NCBI GenBank assembly: GCA_965214405.1
Contig: OZ243956.1
Location: forward strand, 3,680,001-3,744,000
Origin: Trueperaceae bacterium
GTDB taxonomy: Bacteria; Deinococcota; Deinococci; Deinococcales; Trueperaceae
DNA length: 64,000 nucleotides
Reading direction: 5' to 3'
The notes beneath the pieces were generated by a model, which saw nothing but the letters and a program-made list of their open reading frames with translations, had not been told where the DNA came from and did no database searches. Made by a program: the position numbers and the translations under genes. Below are positions 28,668 to 39,838 of this stretch, piece after piece. Numbering within the stretch: the first letter of the stretch is position 1; every line of letters starts with the position of its first letter.

Positions 28668-29075
28668 ATGTTTGACACGCTCTACAAAGAAATCATCCTC
28701 GACCACTACAAACGCCCTCGCAACCGCGGCGAAATCGCCGGGGCCACCAGACGAGAAGGCCTCAACCCGTCGTGCGGGGACGAGCTGGTGCTTTTTTTAG
28801 ACGTCCGGGACGGCGTCATTCAAGACGCAAAGTTTACGGGCGAGGGTTGCGCGATAAGCCAGGCGAGCGCGTCGATGATGACGCAGGCCGTGCAGGGCAA
28901 GCCGGTGGGGGAGGCGTTGGAGCTGAGCCGCGCCTTTAAGGCGATGGTCCGGGGCGAGGCCCCCGCCGAGGCGCTGGGCGAGCTCAAGCTGTTGCAGGGC
29001 GTGTCGAAGCTGCACGCGCGGGTCAAGTGCGCGACGCTTTCCTGGGTCACGCTCGAGGAGGCGCTGGAAGATTAG
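28668..29075 (+). CDS. sufU: SUF system Fe-S assembly protein SufU (NifU-N family)
   Basis: ILDHYKRPRN, NPSCGD, GEGCAISQAS, RVKCATL. Confidence 0.93.
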   Translation: MFDTLYKEIILDHYKRPRNRGEIAGATRREGLNPSCGDELVLFLDVRDGVIQDAKFTGEGCAISQASASMMTQAVQGKPVGEALELSRAFKAMVRGEAPAEALGELKLLQGVSKLHARVKCATLSWVTLEEALED

Positions 29076-29083
29076 GACCTGGT

Positions 29084-29611
29084 TTAGGGCGCTTCGACAA
29101 ACTCTAAGTCAGTCAAATCCGCTTCTAAGATTTCCTCTGCTGAAGTTTTATGGTCCGTTACGTCTTGTGCGCCAAGCGTGTCCAAAGAGCGTTCGTACGC
29201 GTTTAAGAGACCCCGGAACTGTTCACCAAAAAGCCTTTTTTCGCGCTTCAGGCGCTCCAGATCGGTTTCGGCCCGGCCCACCTTGTCCTCGGCCTCGCGG
29301 ATGAGGCGGTGCTTGGTGGCCTCGGCCTCCTGAATGACAATCTCGGCCTCGCGCTTGGCGTTCTGTTTGAGTTCGTTGCCGATGCGCTCGGCGGCGATGA
29401 CCGCGCGTTTCATCTCGGCCTCGGCGAGCTGGAGCGTCCCGATGGTTTCTTCTTGACGCGCCATCTGGTCGCGCAGGCGTTTGTTTTCGTCTAGCGCGCC
29501 CTCTAGCGCCTCGCCCGCGCGCGCCAAAAACTCGCGCACCTGCCGCTTGTTGTAGCCGCTCAGCGCGCCGTCAAAATCCTGATGTTCGACGTCGAGTGGA
29601 CTCAGTCTCAT
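29084..29611 (-). CDS. divIVA: DivIVA domain cell division protein
   Basis: MRLSPLDV-x3-F-x4-GY-x3-VREFL followed by coiled coil; GAGG RBS. Confidence 0.85.
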   Translation of the reverse strand: MRLSPLDVEHQDFDGALSGYNKRQVREFLARAGEALEGALDENKRLRDQMARQEETIGTLQLAEAEMKRAVIAAERIGNELKQNAKREAEIVIQEAEATKHRLIREAEDKVGRAETDLERLKREKRLFGEQFRGLLNAYERSLDTLGAQDVTDHKTSAEEILEADLTDLEFVEAP

Positions 29612-29734
29612 GGTGACCTCTTTAGCTCTGTGACTGCTCTTGAAAAGCCCTGCGGTGCCCAGCTTTCCGTATCGCCGCATCTTAACCGGGGGGTGGGCGG
29701 GAGTTTGTTAAATCTTTGTCACTTGGGTTTTAGT

Positions 29735-29757
29735 ACGAGACTCACCGGTTTGGCCTT
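29735..29757 (+). repeat. Dispersed intergenic ~22-bp repeat (copy 1)
   Basis: ACGAGACTCACCGGTTTGGCCT; 20 of 22 identical to 43200-43221. Confidence 0.6.
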
Positions 29758-29772
29758 GACGCTCGTTCTGAT

Positions 29773-30411
29773 TTAGGTTCCCTCAAAAAGCGCCGAACCT
29801 ATCCTGACAAACGTCGCGCCCTCTTCAATCGCCACCTCGAAGTCGCCGCTCATGCCCATCGACAGGTCCTTGAGCCCCAACTTATCGCGGAGGTCGCGCA
29901 GCGCGCGGAACACAGGTCGCGCGTCTTCGGGACGGTCGCTGTAGGGCGCGATGGTCATGAGACCCAGGACCTCGACTTGGGAGAGGCCCCGCGCGTGCGC
30001 CACCAGCGCCTCCGCCTCGTCTGCCGCCGCCCCCTGTTTGGACGCCTCACCCGCCACGTTCACCTCGACCATCACCCGGAACACGTGCTCCCGCCGCTCG
30101 CCCTGGGTTTGCATGGCGTCGGCTAAGCGCACCGAATTGAGCGAATGAATCACGGAAAAGGGCGTGCAGTATTTGACCTTGTTCGTTTGCAAGTTGCCGA
30201 TGAAGTGCCACTCGATGTTCTCTAACACCTCTGCTTTGTCCCGCCACTCCTGCACCCGGTTCTCGCCCAGGACGCGGTGACCGTGCTCGAGCACAACCCG
30301 CTCGATGTCGCGCGGGTCGTGGCCCTTGGTAATCGCAACCAGCGTGACTTCAGCGGGGTCGCGTCCGGCGCGCTCACAGGCTTGCAGGATGCGCTCTTGA
30401 ACTTTAAGCAC
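29773..30411 (-). CDS. yggS: PLP homeostasis protein YggS/PROSC
   Basis: VAITK, GENRVQE, WHFIGNLQTNK, LSMGMSGD, VRIGSALF; GTG start after GGGAGG. Confidence 0.93.
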   Translation of the reverse strand: MLKVQERILQACERAGRDPAEVTLVAITKGHDPRDIERVVLEHGHRVLGENRVQEWRDKAEVLENIEWHFIGNLQTNKVKYCTPFSVIHSLNSVRLADAMQTQGERREHVFRVMVEVNVAGEASKQGAAADEAEALVAHARGLSQVEVLGLMTIAPYSDRPEDARPVFRALRDLRDKLGLKDLSMGMSGDFEVAIEEGATFVRIGSALFEGT

Positions 30412-30844
30412 GCGCCTCCCAGCCGTAAATATCAAACCAAAGTTCTGTTTGAGAGTGCTCGAGCGCCCGCTTAACATACGCAACCGTATTCTGCGGCAGC
30501 GCGTCCCGCGAAAACCAGGCGAGGTCGTCACACTTGTGAGGCTCGGCGTTGGTGATTTCACCCGACCAAGAGGAGGCGGTCAAAAAGAAGTCAATCCGCT
30601 CATCGTTACTCTTGCGGTGCATCGTTCCTACGACGCGCACATCATTTTCGGTAAGCGTGACACCGGCTTCTTCCTTCGCCTCACGCACCGCCGCCTGAAG
30701 GACCGTCTCACCCCCGTCTAAATGGCCCGCGACGACGCTGTAGTTGCCGTCTTCATAGCCGGTGTTGTGGCGGCGCAGGAGCAGCACATCGTTACCGCGA
30801 CAAAAGAAAACGTGTACATTGACGCAAACCTTGAACCTCGCCAT
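30404..30844 (-). CDS. NUDIX hydrolase
   Basis: Nudix box GHLDGGETVLQAAVREAKEEAG; NAEPHKC. Confidence 0.92.
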   Translation of the reverse strand: MARFKVCVNVHVFFCRGNDVLLLRRHNTGYEDGNYSVVAGHLDGGETVLQAAVREAKEEAGVTLTENDVRVVGTMHRKSNDERIDFFLTASSWSGEITNAEPHKCDDLAWFSRDALPQNTVAYVKRALEHSQTELWFDIYGWEARA

Positions 30845-30852
30845 TCAAATCT

Positions 30853-31698
30853 TCAAAACTCCCTTAGGACCGCCTTGACCAACTGCCGAAAGGTCGGGCC
30901 GCTCCGCGCGGCGGTCTCCAACACGTCATCACCTGTGGCGTGCTCCGCCCCGTCGGGCAGCGCCATGTCGGTCACTGACGAAAGGCCCAGGACGCGCATG
31001 TTGAGGTGGCGCGCGGTGATGACCTCGTGAACCGTGGACATGCCGATCGCGTCCGCGCCCCAGGCGCGAAACATCCGCAGCTCGGCGCGCGTCGCGTAGC
31101 TCGGGCCGGAGATAGCCAGATAGACGCCCTCGCGTAGCGAGATGTCTTCGGCCCTGGCGACGCGGCGAGCGAGTTCTATGTAATCCGCGTCAAACGCGTC
31201 GAACATGACCGGAAAGCGCGGGCCAAGCGCGTCATCGTTGGGGCCGATCAGCGGGTTGTCGCCGCTAAAATTGATGAAGTCGAGCCCCAGCATGAGGTCG
31301 CCCGCGCGCCAGTTCGGGTTCAAACCGCCGCAGGCGTTGGACACGAGCAGGCTGCTCGCGCCGAGGGCGTGCATGACCCGCACCGGAAAGGCTGTTTGGG
31401 CCGCGCTTAGACCCTCGTAAAAGTGCAAGCGGCCCTTCATGGCGACCACCTCGAGCCCGCTCAACGTACCCAGCACCAGCTCGCCCGCGTGACCGGGCGC
31501 GCTGCTCTCGCTGAAGCCGGGAATCTGCCCATATGAAATCACCGCCTCCGCGTCTATCTCGTCCGCCAGCGGCCCCAAACCCGAGCCGAGGATGAGGGCG
31601 ACGCGGGGCTCGAGCCGCGTGCGTTCACGAACGGCGGCGACGGCCTCCTTCAACCGCCGCGCGGTGTTCTGAGGTTCTGAAAGCGTAGACGTACTCAC
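30853..31698 (-). CDS. punA: Purine-nucleoside phosphorylase (trimeric PNP family)
   Basis: LILGSGLG, GHAG, GRLHFYEG, NACGG, GADAIGMSTVHE; start approximate. Confidence 0.9.
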   Translation of the reverse strand: MSTSTLSEPQNTARRLKEAVAAVRERTRLEPRVALILGSGLGPLADEIDAEAVISYGQIPGFSESSAPGHAGELVLGTLSGLEVVAMKGRLHFYEGLSAAQTAFPVRVMHALGASSLLVSNACGGLNPNWRAGDLMLGLDFINFSGDNPLIGPNDDALGPRFPVMFDAFDADYIELARRVARAEDISLREGVYLAISGPSYATRAELRMFRAWGADAIGMSTVHEVITARHLNMRVLGLSSVTDMALPDGAEHATGDDVLETAARSGPTFRQLVKAVLREF

Positions 31699-31897
31699 GA
31701 AAAGCACTATAACAGTCATCACAACCCTGAAAATGCGCGGCGGGGGTGTGAAGCGAACCTGTAGGGCGTTGAGGATAGAGGAGACGCGCTTCTTCGCAAG
31801 TTGCTTAACCCGTCTTCCAAAAAAGTGTGAACCTGTTTCTTCGTCTTTTTTCGTGAATGATTAACGCGTTCTCACGCCGTCTCGGTTAAACTGGCGC

Positions 31898-34633
31898 ATG
31901 TTTCGTTCTTTTTTGTTCTGTACGCTGCTTTTATTACCCCTTATTTCCGCTTCGGCGACCGCTCAAACCACCCAAACCCAGTCCGGCGAGACCCTTTCGG
32001 AGGTGCGTATCGAGGGCGCGGGTGACGCCAACACGCCCCTCATCAGGGTGACCCTGTCGGCGCGGGCGGGCACGCTGGTGTCGCAACTGGATTTGGAGAG
32101 CGAGCGCGACCGTATCCTCGCTCTCGGGACCTTTTCCGAGGTGAGTCTGTCGGTCGAGGATAGAGGCAACGGGCCTATTTTGTTTGTGCGCGTGGTTGAA
32201 AATCCCTCCGTTGGGGAGGTGGTGATCGAGGGCTCGAGCTTTCCCAGCGAGGCGATTTTGCCCATTTTGGACGACCGCAACCTGGTCACGCCCGGAGCCA
32301 CCTACGACACGCTGAACGCCGAGGAGGCGCGGCGCACCCTGCAAGAACTTTACCGCGCGCAGGGCTTTCCTTTCGACGTGCCCGTCGACCTGCGCGTCGA
32401 GCCCATTGCAGCAGGGGAGGGCGGCGTAACCGGAGGAGGCGCGACGGGCGGGGCAGAAGGCGTGACGGGGGGGGCAAATGAAGGAAACGCTTCAGCAGGC
32501 CAAGGTTTGAGCCAGGGCGGCGTGCGGCTCGTCTACACGATTACCGAGGACGTGCCCCTGGACGACGTGGTCTTTGAGGGCGAGACCGTGCTGGACGAGG
32601 CGCGGTTGAGCGACCTTTTCCGGCCCCTCACGCGGGGGGACGCCTTCAATTTTGCGACCTATCAGGCCGCGGTCAACGCGGTAAACGAGGCCTATCAGGA
32701 GGAAGGCTACCGCGGCTCAGGCGTGGACCCCGCCCGCAGCAGCCTCGAGGGCGGCACGCTCACGGTCGGGATACGCGAACTCCGCATCGCGGGCGTCGAC
32801 ACGACGGCGATTGGCGTGGACCCGTCCGCGCTCTCGCTTGAAGAAGGCGACCTCTTTAACTACGACACGCTTCTTAACGATGTGAGGCAACTTGCGGCGG
32901 GGCGGACGCAAGATGTGCGGCTCGAGACCCTCACCACCCCCACCGGCGACGTGCGCGTTGTGTTTCAGTCCGGCCCACCCGACTCGGCGGGTCCCGTTGA
33001 CGCGGTTCAAATTGAGGGCAACACAGTCATCCCCACCGACGAGCTGATGAGCCTCCTCACCCTCAACGTGGGCGACACCTTTACCTCAGGTCTGGCAAAC
33101 GAAGACTTTGCGCGCATTGCCGAGCGGTATCAGGAGGCGGGCTACCGGCTCGTGCCCACGCCCGACTTCAACTACCTCGACGGCACCTACGTGCAGCGCC
33201 TCCGCGAAATCAAGGTGACGGGCTACGACGTTACGTTTGAAGATAACGTGCAGCGCACCAACGAAGACGTCATCACGCGCTATTTGCCGCCTGTCGGCAG
33301 CGTGTATAACGAGAACACCTTCGTCAACGCCCTGCGCACCGTCGCCAGCCTCGGCGCGGTCACGCCGCTGCCCACCTCGCAGCCGACCGTGCCCGACCAA
33401 AATGCGCCCGACGAGGCGGTCTTGCGCGTGGCGGTGCGCGAGAACCAGACGCGGACCTTTCGCCCGGCGGCCAACTATTCGACTGACCAGGGCTTCTCGG
33501 CCTCGATAAGTTATGGGGATACCAACTTTCTGGGCTCGGCCCAAAACTTTAACGCGGAGCTGAGCGGGCAAACGTCGGACATCGGCCTCCTGTTCGGGGC
33601 AAGCGTGACCTACAGCGTGCCCTGGCTCTACGTGGACTTTCTCGACTTCAGAGAGGTGCCGACCTCGGTATCGGCCTCGCTCTACAGCACGGTGCTGACC
33701 AATCAGCCGCTAAGCGCCGACGGGAGCTCTCGAGCCTTTTATCCCGGCCTGCCGCCAACGGACGCGAACCGCGTGCGCGTGGGTGACTACACGCAGCGCA
33801 ACACGGGGGTGCGTTTCGGCATCGGTCGGCCGATTTTCGACAACACCTCGCTGCGCTTTGGCGCGAGCACCGCCTACGCCCGCTACACTTACGAACCCGG
33901 CGACGCGTGCGAGATTGTGAACGGCGCGGTAACGGAACCCTGCGCGCTGCCCCGCGAAGACGCGCTCCAGTACGTGCCGCAGAGCGGGTTGACGAGCTTT
34001 TTTAGCCTTTCGGGTGCCTACGACACCCGCGACGCCTTCGACTTTCCGCGCTCGGGCTTTGTCGCCACGAGTCAGGTCGGCCTCGGTTTCGGCTCGGACT
34101 ACCGCAACCCGGACACGAACTTGCAGCAGCGCTATGTATATGAACAGCTCGAGCTCGGCTTCAAGACTTACCTAAAACTTGAAGACGTCATCCCCAGCGT
34201 GAACGACCCCAACCACGTGTTCGCCTTCCGTATCAACGCCGGGACCCAGTTTGGCGGCGACTACCCCGAAAGTAAACGCTTCATCGTCGGCGACACCCCC
34301 GACGAGGCCACCGGGATTCGCGGCTACACGAGCAACGACTTCGGCTTGTCAAAGAGCTATGTGACGAGCTCTTTGGAGTACCGCTACGACTTCGGCCTCG
34401 AGACCGTCGCCACCCAGACGCTTATCGGCGTGGTGTTTACCGACGTGGGCTACGCCTCGAGCGTGCCCGGCTTCGACGACTACAGCGCGCCCCTGTTCGC
34501 GTCTTTCGGCGTCGGCGCGCAAATCAACTTCGGCTTCGCGGGCATCGGCCTGCCGCCCGTGCGCCTCGACTACGGCTTTTCCGAGCGCCACCGGCGGGGC
34601 AAGTTTAGTTTTAGTCTAGGAGCGGTTTTTTAA
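31898..34633 (+). CDS. bamA: Outer membrane protein assembly factor BamA/Omp85
   Basis: Signal peptide, POTRA-like repeats (IEGN, NEDVITR), IRGY, SLEYR, VRLDYG, terminal Phe. Confidence 0.88.
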   Translation: MFRSFLFCTLLLLPLISASATAQTTQTQSGETLSEVRIEGAGDANTPLIRVTLSARAGTLVSQLDLESERDRILALGTFSEVSLSVEDRGNGPILFVRVVENPSVGEVVIEGSSFPSEAILPILDDRNLVTPGATYDTLNAEEARRTLQELYRAQGFPFDVPVDLRVEPIAAGEGGVTGGGATGGAEGVTGGANEGNASAGQGLSQGGVRLVYTITEDVPLDDVVFEGETVLDEARLSDLFRPLTRGDAFNFATYQAAVNAVNEAYQEEGYRGSGVDPARSSLEGGTLTVGIRELRIAGVDTTAIGVDPSALSLEEGDLFNYDTLLNDVRQLAAGRTQDVRLETLTTPTGDVRVVFQSGPPDSAGPVDAVQIEGNTVIPTDELMSLLTLNVGDTFTSGLANEDFARIAERYQEAGYRLVPTPDFNYLDGTYVQRLREIKVTGYDVTFEDNVQRTNEDVITRYLPPVGSVYNENTFVNALRTVASLGAVTPLPTSQPTVPDQNAPDEAVLRVAVRENQTRTFRPAANYSTDQGFSASISYGDTNFLGSAQNFNAELSGQTSDIGLLFGASVTYSVPWLYVDFLDFREVPTSVSASLYSTVLTNQPLSADGSSRAFYPGLPPTDANRVRVGDYTQRNTGVRFGIGRPIFDNTSLRFGASTAYARYTYEPGDACEIVNGAVTEPCALPREDALQYVPQSGLTSFFSLSGAYDTRDAFDFPRSGFVATSQVGLGFGSDYRNPDTNLQQRYVYEQLELGFKTYLKLEDVIPSVNDPNHVFAFRINAGTQFGGDYPESKRFIVGDTPDEATGIRGYTSNDFGLSKSYVTSSLEYRYDFGLETVATQTLIGVVFTDVGYASSVPGFDDYSAPLFASFGVGAQINFGFAGIGLPPVRLDYGFSERHRRGKFSFSLGAVF

Positions 34634-34634
34634 C

Positions 34635-34705
34635 AGTGATGAGTGGTTAAAGACAGTGGGTAGTGGTTAGTGATGAGTGATGAGAAAAACTAACCACTAC
34701 TCACT
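34635..34705. terminator. Hairpin built from head-to-head heptamer repeats between convergent genes
   Basis: AGTGGGTAGTGGTTAGT (34655-34671) pairs with ACTAACCACTACTCACT (34689-34705), one G-U pair. Confidence 0.7.
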
Positions 34706-35003
34706 AACTACTTTCTTGCCCTAACAGCGCCCCCACCATCCTCTCCCACTCGTCCTCTAAAGACACGTCGGGTTTATCTCGCCCCGCGCGCTTGTACCAG
34801 TAGCCTGCGTTGCCGTCGTCGCCCTCTTTGCGGTGGAGGTAGGCGTGGACCCAGGCTGCCTCCTGACTTTCGTCTCCCTGCGCCGCCATGTGCGCGGCTT
34901 CCCATTCGCCCCTGGCGTCCAGCCACAGCGCCTCCAAGGGGCTCTTAAGTCCCGCGGGCATCACGCCCTTCTGCACCGATGCTTTGAAATCGTTCGTGTT
35001 CAC
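34704..35003 (-). CDS. Conserved hypothetical protein
   Basis: W-x2-AH-x2-AQ, AWVHAYLHRKEGD-x2-NA-x-YWY; GTG start 6 nt after TATAGT. Confidence 0.8.
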   Translation of the reverse strand: MNTNDFKASVQKGVMPAGLKSPLEALWLDARGEWEAAHMAAQGDESQEAAWVHAYLHRKEGDDGNAGYWYKRAGRDKPDVSLEDEWERMVGALLGQESS

Positions 35004-35138
35004 CGTGACACTATACAAGACCCACGAGAGACAAACGCAAACTTTCTCGCCATCTCCTTGTCTAACCGCTCACCACTATTCACTCACCCCCACCCTCCGG
35101 GTTAGACTCAGCCATAACATTTCAAGGAGGCACCCCCC

Positions 35139-36302
35139 ATGTTTGAACCCAAAAAAGAAGACCGCTTCACCTTCGGCCTGTGGACGGTGGGCAACATCGG
35201 ACGCGACCCCTTTGGCGAGCCTACGAGAGAAAGGCTCGAGCCCACCCACATCGTCCAAAAACTCGCCGAGCTTGGCGCGTGGGGCGTAAACTTTCATGAC
35301 AACGACCTCGTGCCCGCCGACGCCTCGGCGGGAGAGCGTGACCGCATCGTGAAGGATTTCAAGGGGGCGTTAGACGACAACGGCGTGGTCGTGCCGATGG
35401 CGACGACCAACTTGTTCACTGACCCTGTCTTCAAGGACGGCGCGTTTACCTCCGCGGACGCCCGCGTGCGCGCCTTCGCCTTGCAAAAAACGATGCGGGC
35501 GATGGACTTGGGGGCCGAGTTGGGCGCGCAGACCTACGTCTTTTGGGGCGGGCGCGAGGGCAGCGAGGTGGACGCGACCAATAATCCTTTGGAGGGGATG
35601 CAGTGGTTTAGGGACGCGCTCAACTTCCTCTGCGAGTATTCGGAAGACCAGGGTTACGGTTATAAGTTCGCCTTGGAGCCCAAACCCAACGAGCCTAGAG
35701 GCGACATCTACTTGCCCACCGTGGGCTCCGCGCTTGGGTTTATCGCCACGCTGGACCGCCCCGAGATGGTCGGCGTCAACCCCGAGTTCGCGCACGAGAC
35801 GATGGCGGGGCTCTCTTTCGTCCACGCGGTCGCGCAGGCGATTGACGCGGGCAAGCTTTTTCACATCGACTTAAACGACCAAAAGATGGGCCGCTTCGAC
35901 CAGGATTTGCGCTTCGGCGCGGAAAACTTAAAGGGCGCGTTTTTTACCGTGAAGCTCTTGGAGGACACAGGTTATCAAGGGCCGAGACATTTCGACGCGC
36001 ACGCGCTACGCACCGAGGACGAAGCGGGCGTCTGGGAGTTCGCGCGGGGCTGTATGAGGACGTACCTCATCCTCAAAGACAAGGCGGAGCAGTTTAACGA
36101 GGATGCGGAGATTAGGGCGGCGTTAGAGCAGTACAAAGTTGAGGATGCGGAGCTCGAGCCCCTTACTCAGTCCTACAGCCAGGACAACGCCGCGCGCCTC
36201 AAGGATTACGACTTTGACTTGGCCGCCCTGAGAACGCGCGGGCCGGGTTTGGAAAAGCTCGACCAACTCACCGTGGACTTACTGTTGGGCGCGCGCGGGT
36301 GA
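35139..36302 (+). CDS. xylA: Xylose isomerase (class I, Thermus/Streptomyces type)
   Basis: [46 protein letters not shown]. Confidence 0.97.
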   Translation: MFEPKKEDRFTFGLWTVGNIGRDPFGEPTRERLEPTHIVQKLAELGAWGVNFHDNDLVPADASAGERDRIVKDFKGALDDNGVVVPMATTNLFTDPVFKDGAFTSADARVRAFALQKTMRAMDLGAELGAQTYVFWGGREGSEVDATNNPLEGMQWFRDALNFLCEYSEDQGYGYKFALEPKPNEPRGDIYLPTVGSALGFIATLDRPEMVGVNPEFAHETMAGLSFVHAVAQAIDAGKLFHIDLNDQKMGRFDQDLRFGAENLKGAFFTVKLLEDTGYQGPRHFDAHALRTEDEAGVWEFARGCMRTYLILKDKAEQFNEDAEIRAALEQYKVEDAELEPLTQSYSQDNAARLKDYDFDLAALRTRGPGLEKLDQLTVDLLLGARG

Positions 36303-37738
36303 AAGAAACCGTTACCCTCGGCCTCGACGTAGGCACCAGCGGCGTCCGCGTGCTCGCGGTGGACGAGCGTGGCGTGGTGGTGGCGGAGACGACGCGCACC
36401 TACCCCCTGCTGACGCCCAAACTCGGCTGGACGGAGCAGCGCCCGGAGGACTGGGCGGCGGCAACACTGGAGGCGCTTGCGGAGATAGCGGCGGAGCTTG
36501 ACGACTACGACATTCTCGCCCTCGGGCTGTCGGGCCAGATGCACGGGATGGTGCCTTTAGACGCATCAGGTGAGCCCGTGCGCCCTGCAATTTTGTGGAA
36601 CGACCAGCGCACGGGCGCGGCGGTGGCAGAAATCGAGCGCCGCGCGCCACGCTCCGAGATGATTCAGCGTACGGGCAACCCGGCCATCACGGGCTTTCAC
36701 GCGCCCAAGCTCGTCTGGTTGCGTTCTGAGGAGCCGGAGAATTTCGCTAAGACGCGCCACTCGCTCTTGCCGAAAGATTACCTCGGCTACGTGCTCACGG
36801 GCGAGATGGCTTCGGAGCCGTCGGACAATTCGGGGACGAACCTGTTTAACTTAGAAAAAAAGGCGTGGGACGAGGAGATTTTGGGGGCGCTCGAGCTTCC
36901 CCCCACCCTCTTCCCCCCCGTCGTCGCCTCGCACGAGGTGACGGGGAAACTTAAAAGAGAGGTCGCGGAAAAAACGGGTCTCCCCGCAGACTTGCCCGTC
37001 GTCGCGGGCGCGGGCGACAACGCGGCGGCGGCGACGGGGCTGGGGCTCTCTAGCCGCCACCCCGGACGGGGCAACGTCTCCCTGGGCACCTCGGGCGTTC
37101 TCTTCGCGCCCTTGAACGAACCCGAGCCCGACCCTGAAGGCCGCGTCCACCTCTTCTGCCACGCCGACGGCGGCTATAACCTGCTGGGCGTCACTTTGGC
37201 GGCGGCGGGCTCGTTGCAGTGGTATCACGACACCTTTGCGCCCAACGCGAGTTTCACGGAGCTTACCGAACTCGCCGCGAAAAGCACACCCGGTGCCAAC
37301 GGCGTCACCTTTAAGCCCTATCTGGCGGGCGAGCGCACGCCGCACTTAGACCCGAACTTGCGCGGCTCGTGGACCGGCCTCAGCCTGGCGACGACGCAGG
37401 GGGACGTGGTGCGCGCGGTGCTCGAGGGCGTCGCCTTTAGCCTCCGGGACGCGCTCGACATCATTCACCCGCTCGCTTCCCTAGATGAACTCCTTGTCAC
37501 GGGCGGCGGGGCTAGGTCAAAGTTGTGGCTGCAAATCGTCGCGGATGTGCTGGGGCTGCCGCTGGTGCGCCCCAAACAAAACCAGGGCGCGGCCTACGGC
37601 GCGGCGCTCCTGGCGATGCAGGGCGTGGGGCGGGTCGAGCGCGCGGCGGACGCGGCGAATACGGAGGTAGAGGAGAGGTACGAACCCGCTTCAGTGGAGC
37701 CGTATATGGAAGGGCTCGAGCGTTACCGGGAAGCTTAG
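36299..37738 (+). CDS. xylB: Xylulokinase
   Basis: [37 protein letters not shown]. Confidence 0.95.
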   Translation: MKETVTLGLDVGTSGVRVLAVDERGVVVAETTRTYPLLTPKLGWTEQRPEDWAAATLEALAEIAAELDDYDILALGLSGQMHGMVPLDASGEPVRPAILWNDQRTGAAVAEIERRAPRSEMIQRTGNPAITGFHAPKLVWLRSEEPENFAKTRHSLLPKDYLGYVLTGEMASEPSDNSGTNLFNLEKKAWDEEILGALELPPTLFPPVVASHEVTGKLKREVAEKTGLPADLPVVAGAGDNAAAATGLGLSSRHPGRGNVSLGTSGVLFAPLNEPEPDPEGRVHLFCHADGGYNLLGVTLAAAGSLQWYHDTFAPNASFTELTELAAKSTPGANGVTFKPYLAGERTPHLDPNLRGSWTGLSLATTQGDVVRAVLEGVAFSLRDALDIIHPLASLDELLVTGGGARSKLWLQIVADVLGLPLVRPKQNQGAAYGAALLAMQGVGRVERAADAANTEVEERYEPASVEPYMEGLERYREA

Positions 37739-37758
37739 TGGTGAGTGGCCAGAAAGAA

Positions 37759-39000
37759 TCAGGAGCGAAAAATTACGCCCTCGCGCCGAAAGTTGGTGTA
37801 GGCGAAGCCCAGGAGCAGCGTAACGTACACGAGCAGCGAGCCCCAGGTGATGACGATGGGGAGCGCGCTCACCGCGCCCTTGACGATGTCGTCCATCAAG
37901 ACGAGCACGTTGAGGATGGGGACGAAGTAGACGCCGCTGCCTACATCTAAGAGGTCTCTAAACTGTAAGCCAAGTGTGGGCAGGATGAGCAAAAAGGAGA
38001 GGGGCGCGACGTAGGTTTGCGCCTCCTTGAAAGAGCGCGCGAACATGGCGATGCCTAAAAGCAAGGCGGCGATGAGGGCGGCTAAGAGGAGACTCGAGCC
38101 CACCAGCATCACCACCGTCGGCAGGGTGATGGTGAGCCCGCCGCCCATGATGGCGGCGATGTCATTCGCGTCCGCGCCCAAGCGCGCACCGAAAACGCCG
38201 CGCAAGACGGTTCCGCCCACGATGTAGCCGATGATCGCCATCAGCGCCGCGGTTAGGCCAAAGGTCAGCGTGGCGATAAACTTGCCCACCACCACCTCGC
38301 TGCGGCGGATGGGGGCGACGAGGAGGACTTCTAGGGTGCCGCGCTCTTTCTCGCCCGCGGTCGCGTCGATGGCGGTCATCTGCCCGCCCGCTAAGGTCCA
38401 GATGGCGATGAAAAAGGGGATGAGCCAAGCTAACTGGCCGCTCGAGCGTTCCGCCGCCGAACTCGCGTCGATGGTCGTGAGGGTGACGGGCTCGAGCACG
38501 TTACTGTCGAGCCCCACCGCGCGCAGCCGCGCGCTCACGAGCGCGTCCCGATAAGCTGTCACCGCATCTTGCACCTTACTGGCGCTCAGTTCGGAACGCA
38601 GGTTGCCCTCCTTTTGGTAGAGGGTGAGCTGGGCTGGGTCGCGGTCCTCTACGGACGCCGCGAATTCCTCCGGCACGACGAACGCCACGGGATAATCGCC
38701 GCTTTGCACCGCGATTTCGGGGTTAAGCACGTCAACCAGGGTGACGTTTTGCTCACGTAGCGCCTCTCTAAGTTCCGCGGGAAGATTCTCCGCTCCCATC
38801 ACCGCCACCTCGGTTACCGTCTCCTGCTCGCGCTCGAAAAGGCCGCCAATGAGCAGGGGCAAGCCCAGCATCACCACGGGCAAGATGAGGAGCGGGATGA
38901 GCAGGTTCGAGAGGATCGCGCGCCGGTCGCGCAGCGTCGAGAGGATTTCCTTGTGGGCCACGTGCCACACCATTGTCGGTCTTATTGAAGCAAACCTCAC
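37759..39000 (-). CDS. ABC-2 type permease (NatB-like)
   Basis: KE-x4-LRDRR, AGEKERGTLE-x-LL, FARSFKEAQ. Confidence 0.88.
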   Translation of the reverse strand: MRFASIRPTMVWHVAHKEILSTLRDRRAILSNLLIPLLILPVVMLGLPLLIGGLFEREQETVTEVAVMGAENLPAELREALREQNVTLVDVLNPEIAVQSGDYPVAFVVPEEFAASVEDRDPAQLTLYQKEGNLRSELSASKVQDAVTAYRDALVSARLRAVGLDSNVLEPVTLTTIDASSAAERSSGQLAWLIPFFIAIWTLAGGQMTAIDATAGEKERGTLEVLLVAPIRRSEVVVGKFIATLTFGLTAALMAIIGYIVGGTVLRGVFGARLGADANDIAAIMGGGLTITLPTVVMLVGSSLLLAALIAALLLGIAMFARSFKEAQTYVAPLSFLLILPTLGLQFRDLLDVGSGVYFVPILNVLVLMDDIVKGAVSALPIVITWGSLLVYVTLLLGFAYTNFRREGVIFRS

Positions 39001-39755
39001 GCGGGCACCCTTTGTGATTGCGACTCGCTCAAATTGGAGCGTTCGACGAGGGCAAAAAAGGCGCGCTCGAGCCCCTGCACCCCCGCCTGCTGCTCGAGCC
39101 CTTCCACCGTCCCCTGCGCGATGAGCTTACCCTTATAAATAATCGCCGCCCGGTCGCAAAGCTCCTCCACTTCGCTCATCACGTGCGTTGAATAAACCAC
39201 CGCGCGCCCCTCGCTCGGGTAGGCCTTGACAAAGTCGAGCACCGCGCGGCGCGCCATCACGTCGAGTCCAGAAGTCGCCTCGTCGAAAAAAATCACCGGC
39301 GGGTCGTGCAGCACGGCCCTGGCGATGACGATTTTTTGCTTCATCCCTGTCGAGAAGCCCCCCGTGCGGCGCGGCAGCGTCTCGCCTAAATCCAGAAGCG
39401 CGTCGAGTTCTTTTATCCTCTCCTCAATCTGACGCCGTCCCATCCCGTAGAGCCTGCCGAAGTAGTGGAGCACCTCGAGCCCGGTGAGGCGGTCGTAAAG
39501 CCCCATCCCGCCGTTGACCACGCCGATGTGCCCGCGGACCGCCTCGGCCTCCCTCACCGTGTCGAAGCCCGCCACCGTGGCGCGGCCCGCGTCGGGCGTG
39601 AGGAGCGTCGCCAAGAGGCGCAGCGTGGTCGTTTTGCCCGCGCCGTTAGGTCCCAAAAGGCCGAACACCTCGCCGGAATGGACGGTAAAAGAGACGTTCT
39701 GAACGGCGCTCACATTGCCGAATGATTTGCTTAAATTTTCAACCTCGATCATCAC
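38997..39755 (-). CDS. ABC transporter ATP-binding protein (NatA-like)
   Basis: GPNGAGKTT, FSTGMKQ, FFDEATSGLD, STH. Confidence 0.93.
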   Translation of the reverse strand: MMIEVENLSKSFGNVSAVQNVSFTVHSGEVFGLLGPNGAGKTTTLRLLATLLTPDAGRATVAGFDTVREAEAVRGHIGVVNGGMGLYDRLTGLEVLHYFGRLYGMGRRQIEERIKELDALLDLGETLPRRTGGFSTGMKQKIVIARAVLHDPPVIFFDEATSGLDVMARRAVLDFVKAYPSEGRAVVYSTHVMSEVEELCDRAAIIYKGKLIAQGTVEGLEQQAGVQGLERAFFALVERSNLSESQSQRVPA

Positions 39756-39838
39756 TCCCCCTTGACACTCTCCCTAATCTAAACGGAGAGCATCATGTGA
39801 GACGTGAATCCTCCGTCTTCTGAGGGCGCTGGAAATCC

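Noticed and set aside
30412..30561. N-terminal extension of the yggS ORF; likewise ORF-track extensions of the fabH-like gene, truB, ald and the response regulator
   Set aside because: They overlap upstream genes or lack start signals; internal starts with RBS or coupling fit family lengths
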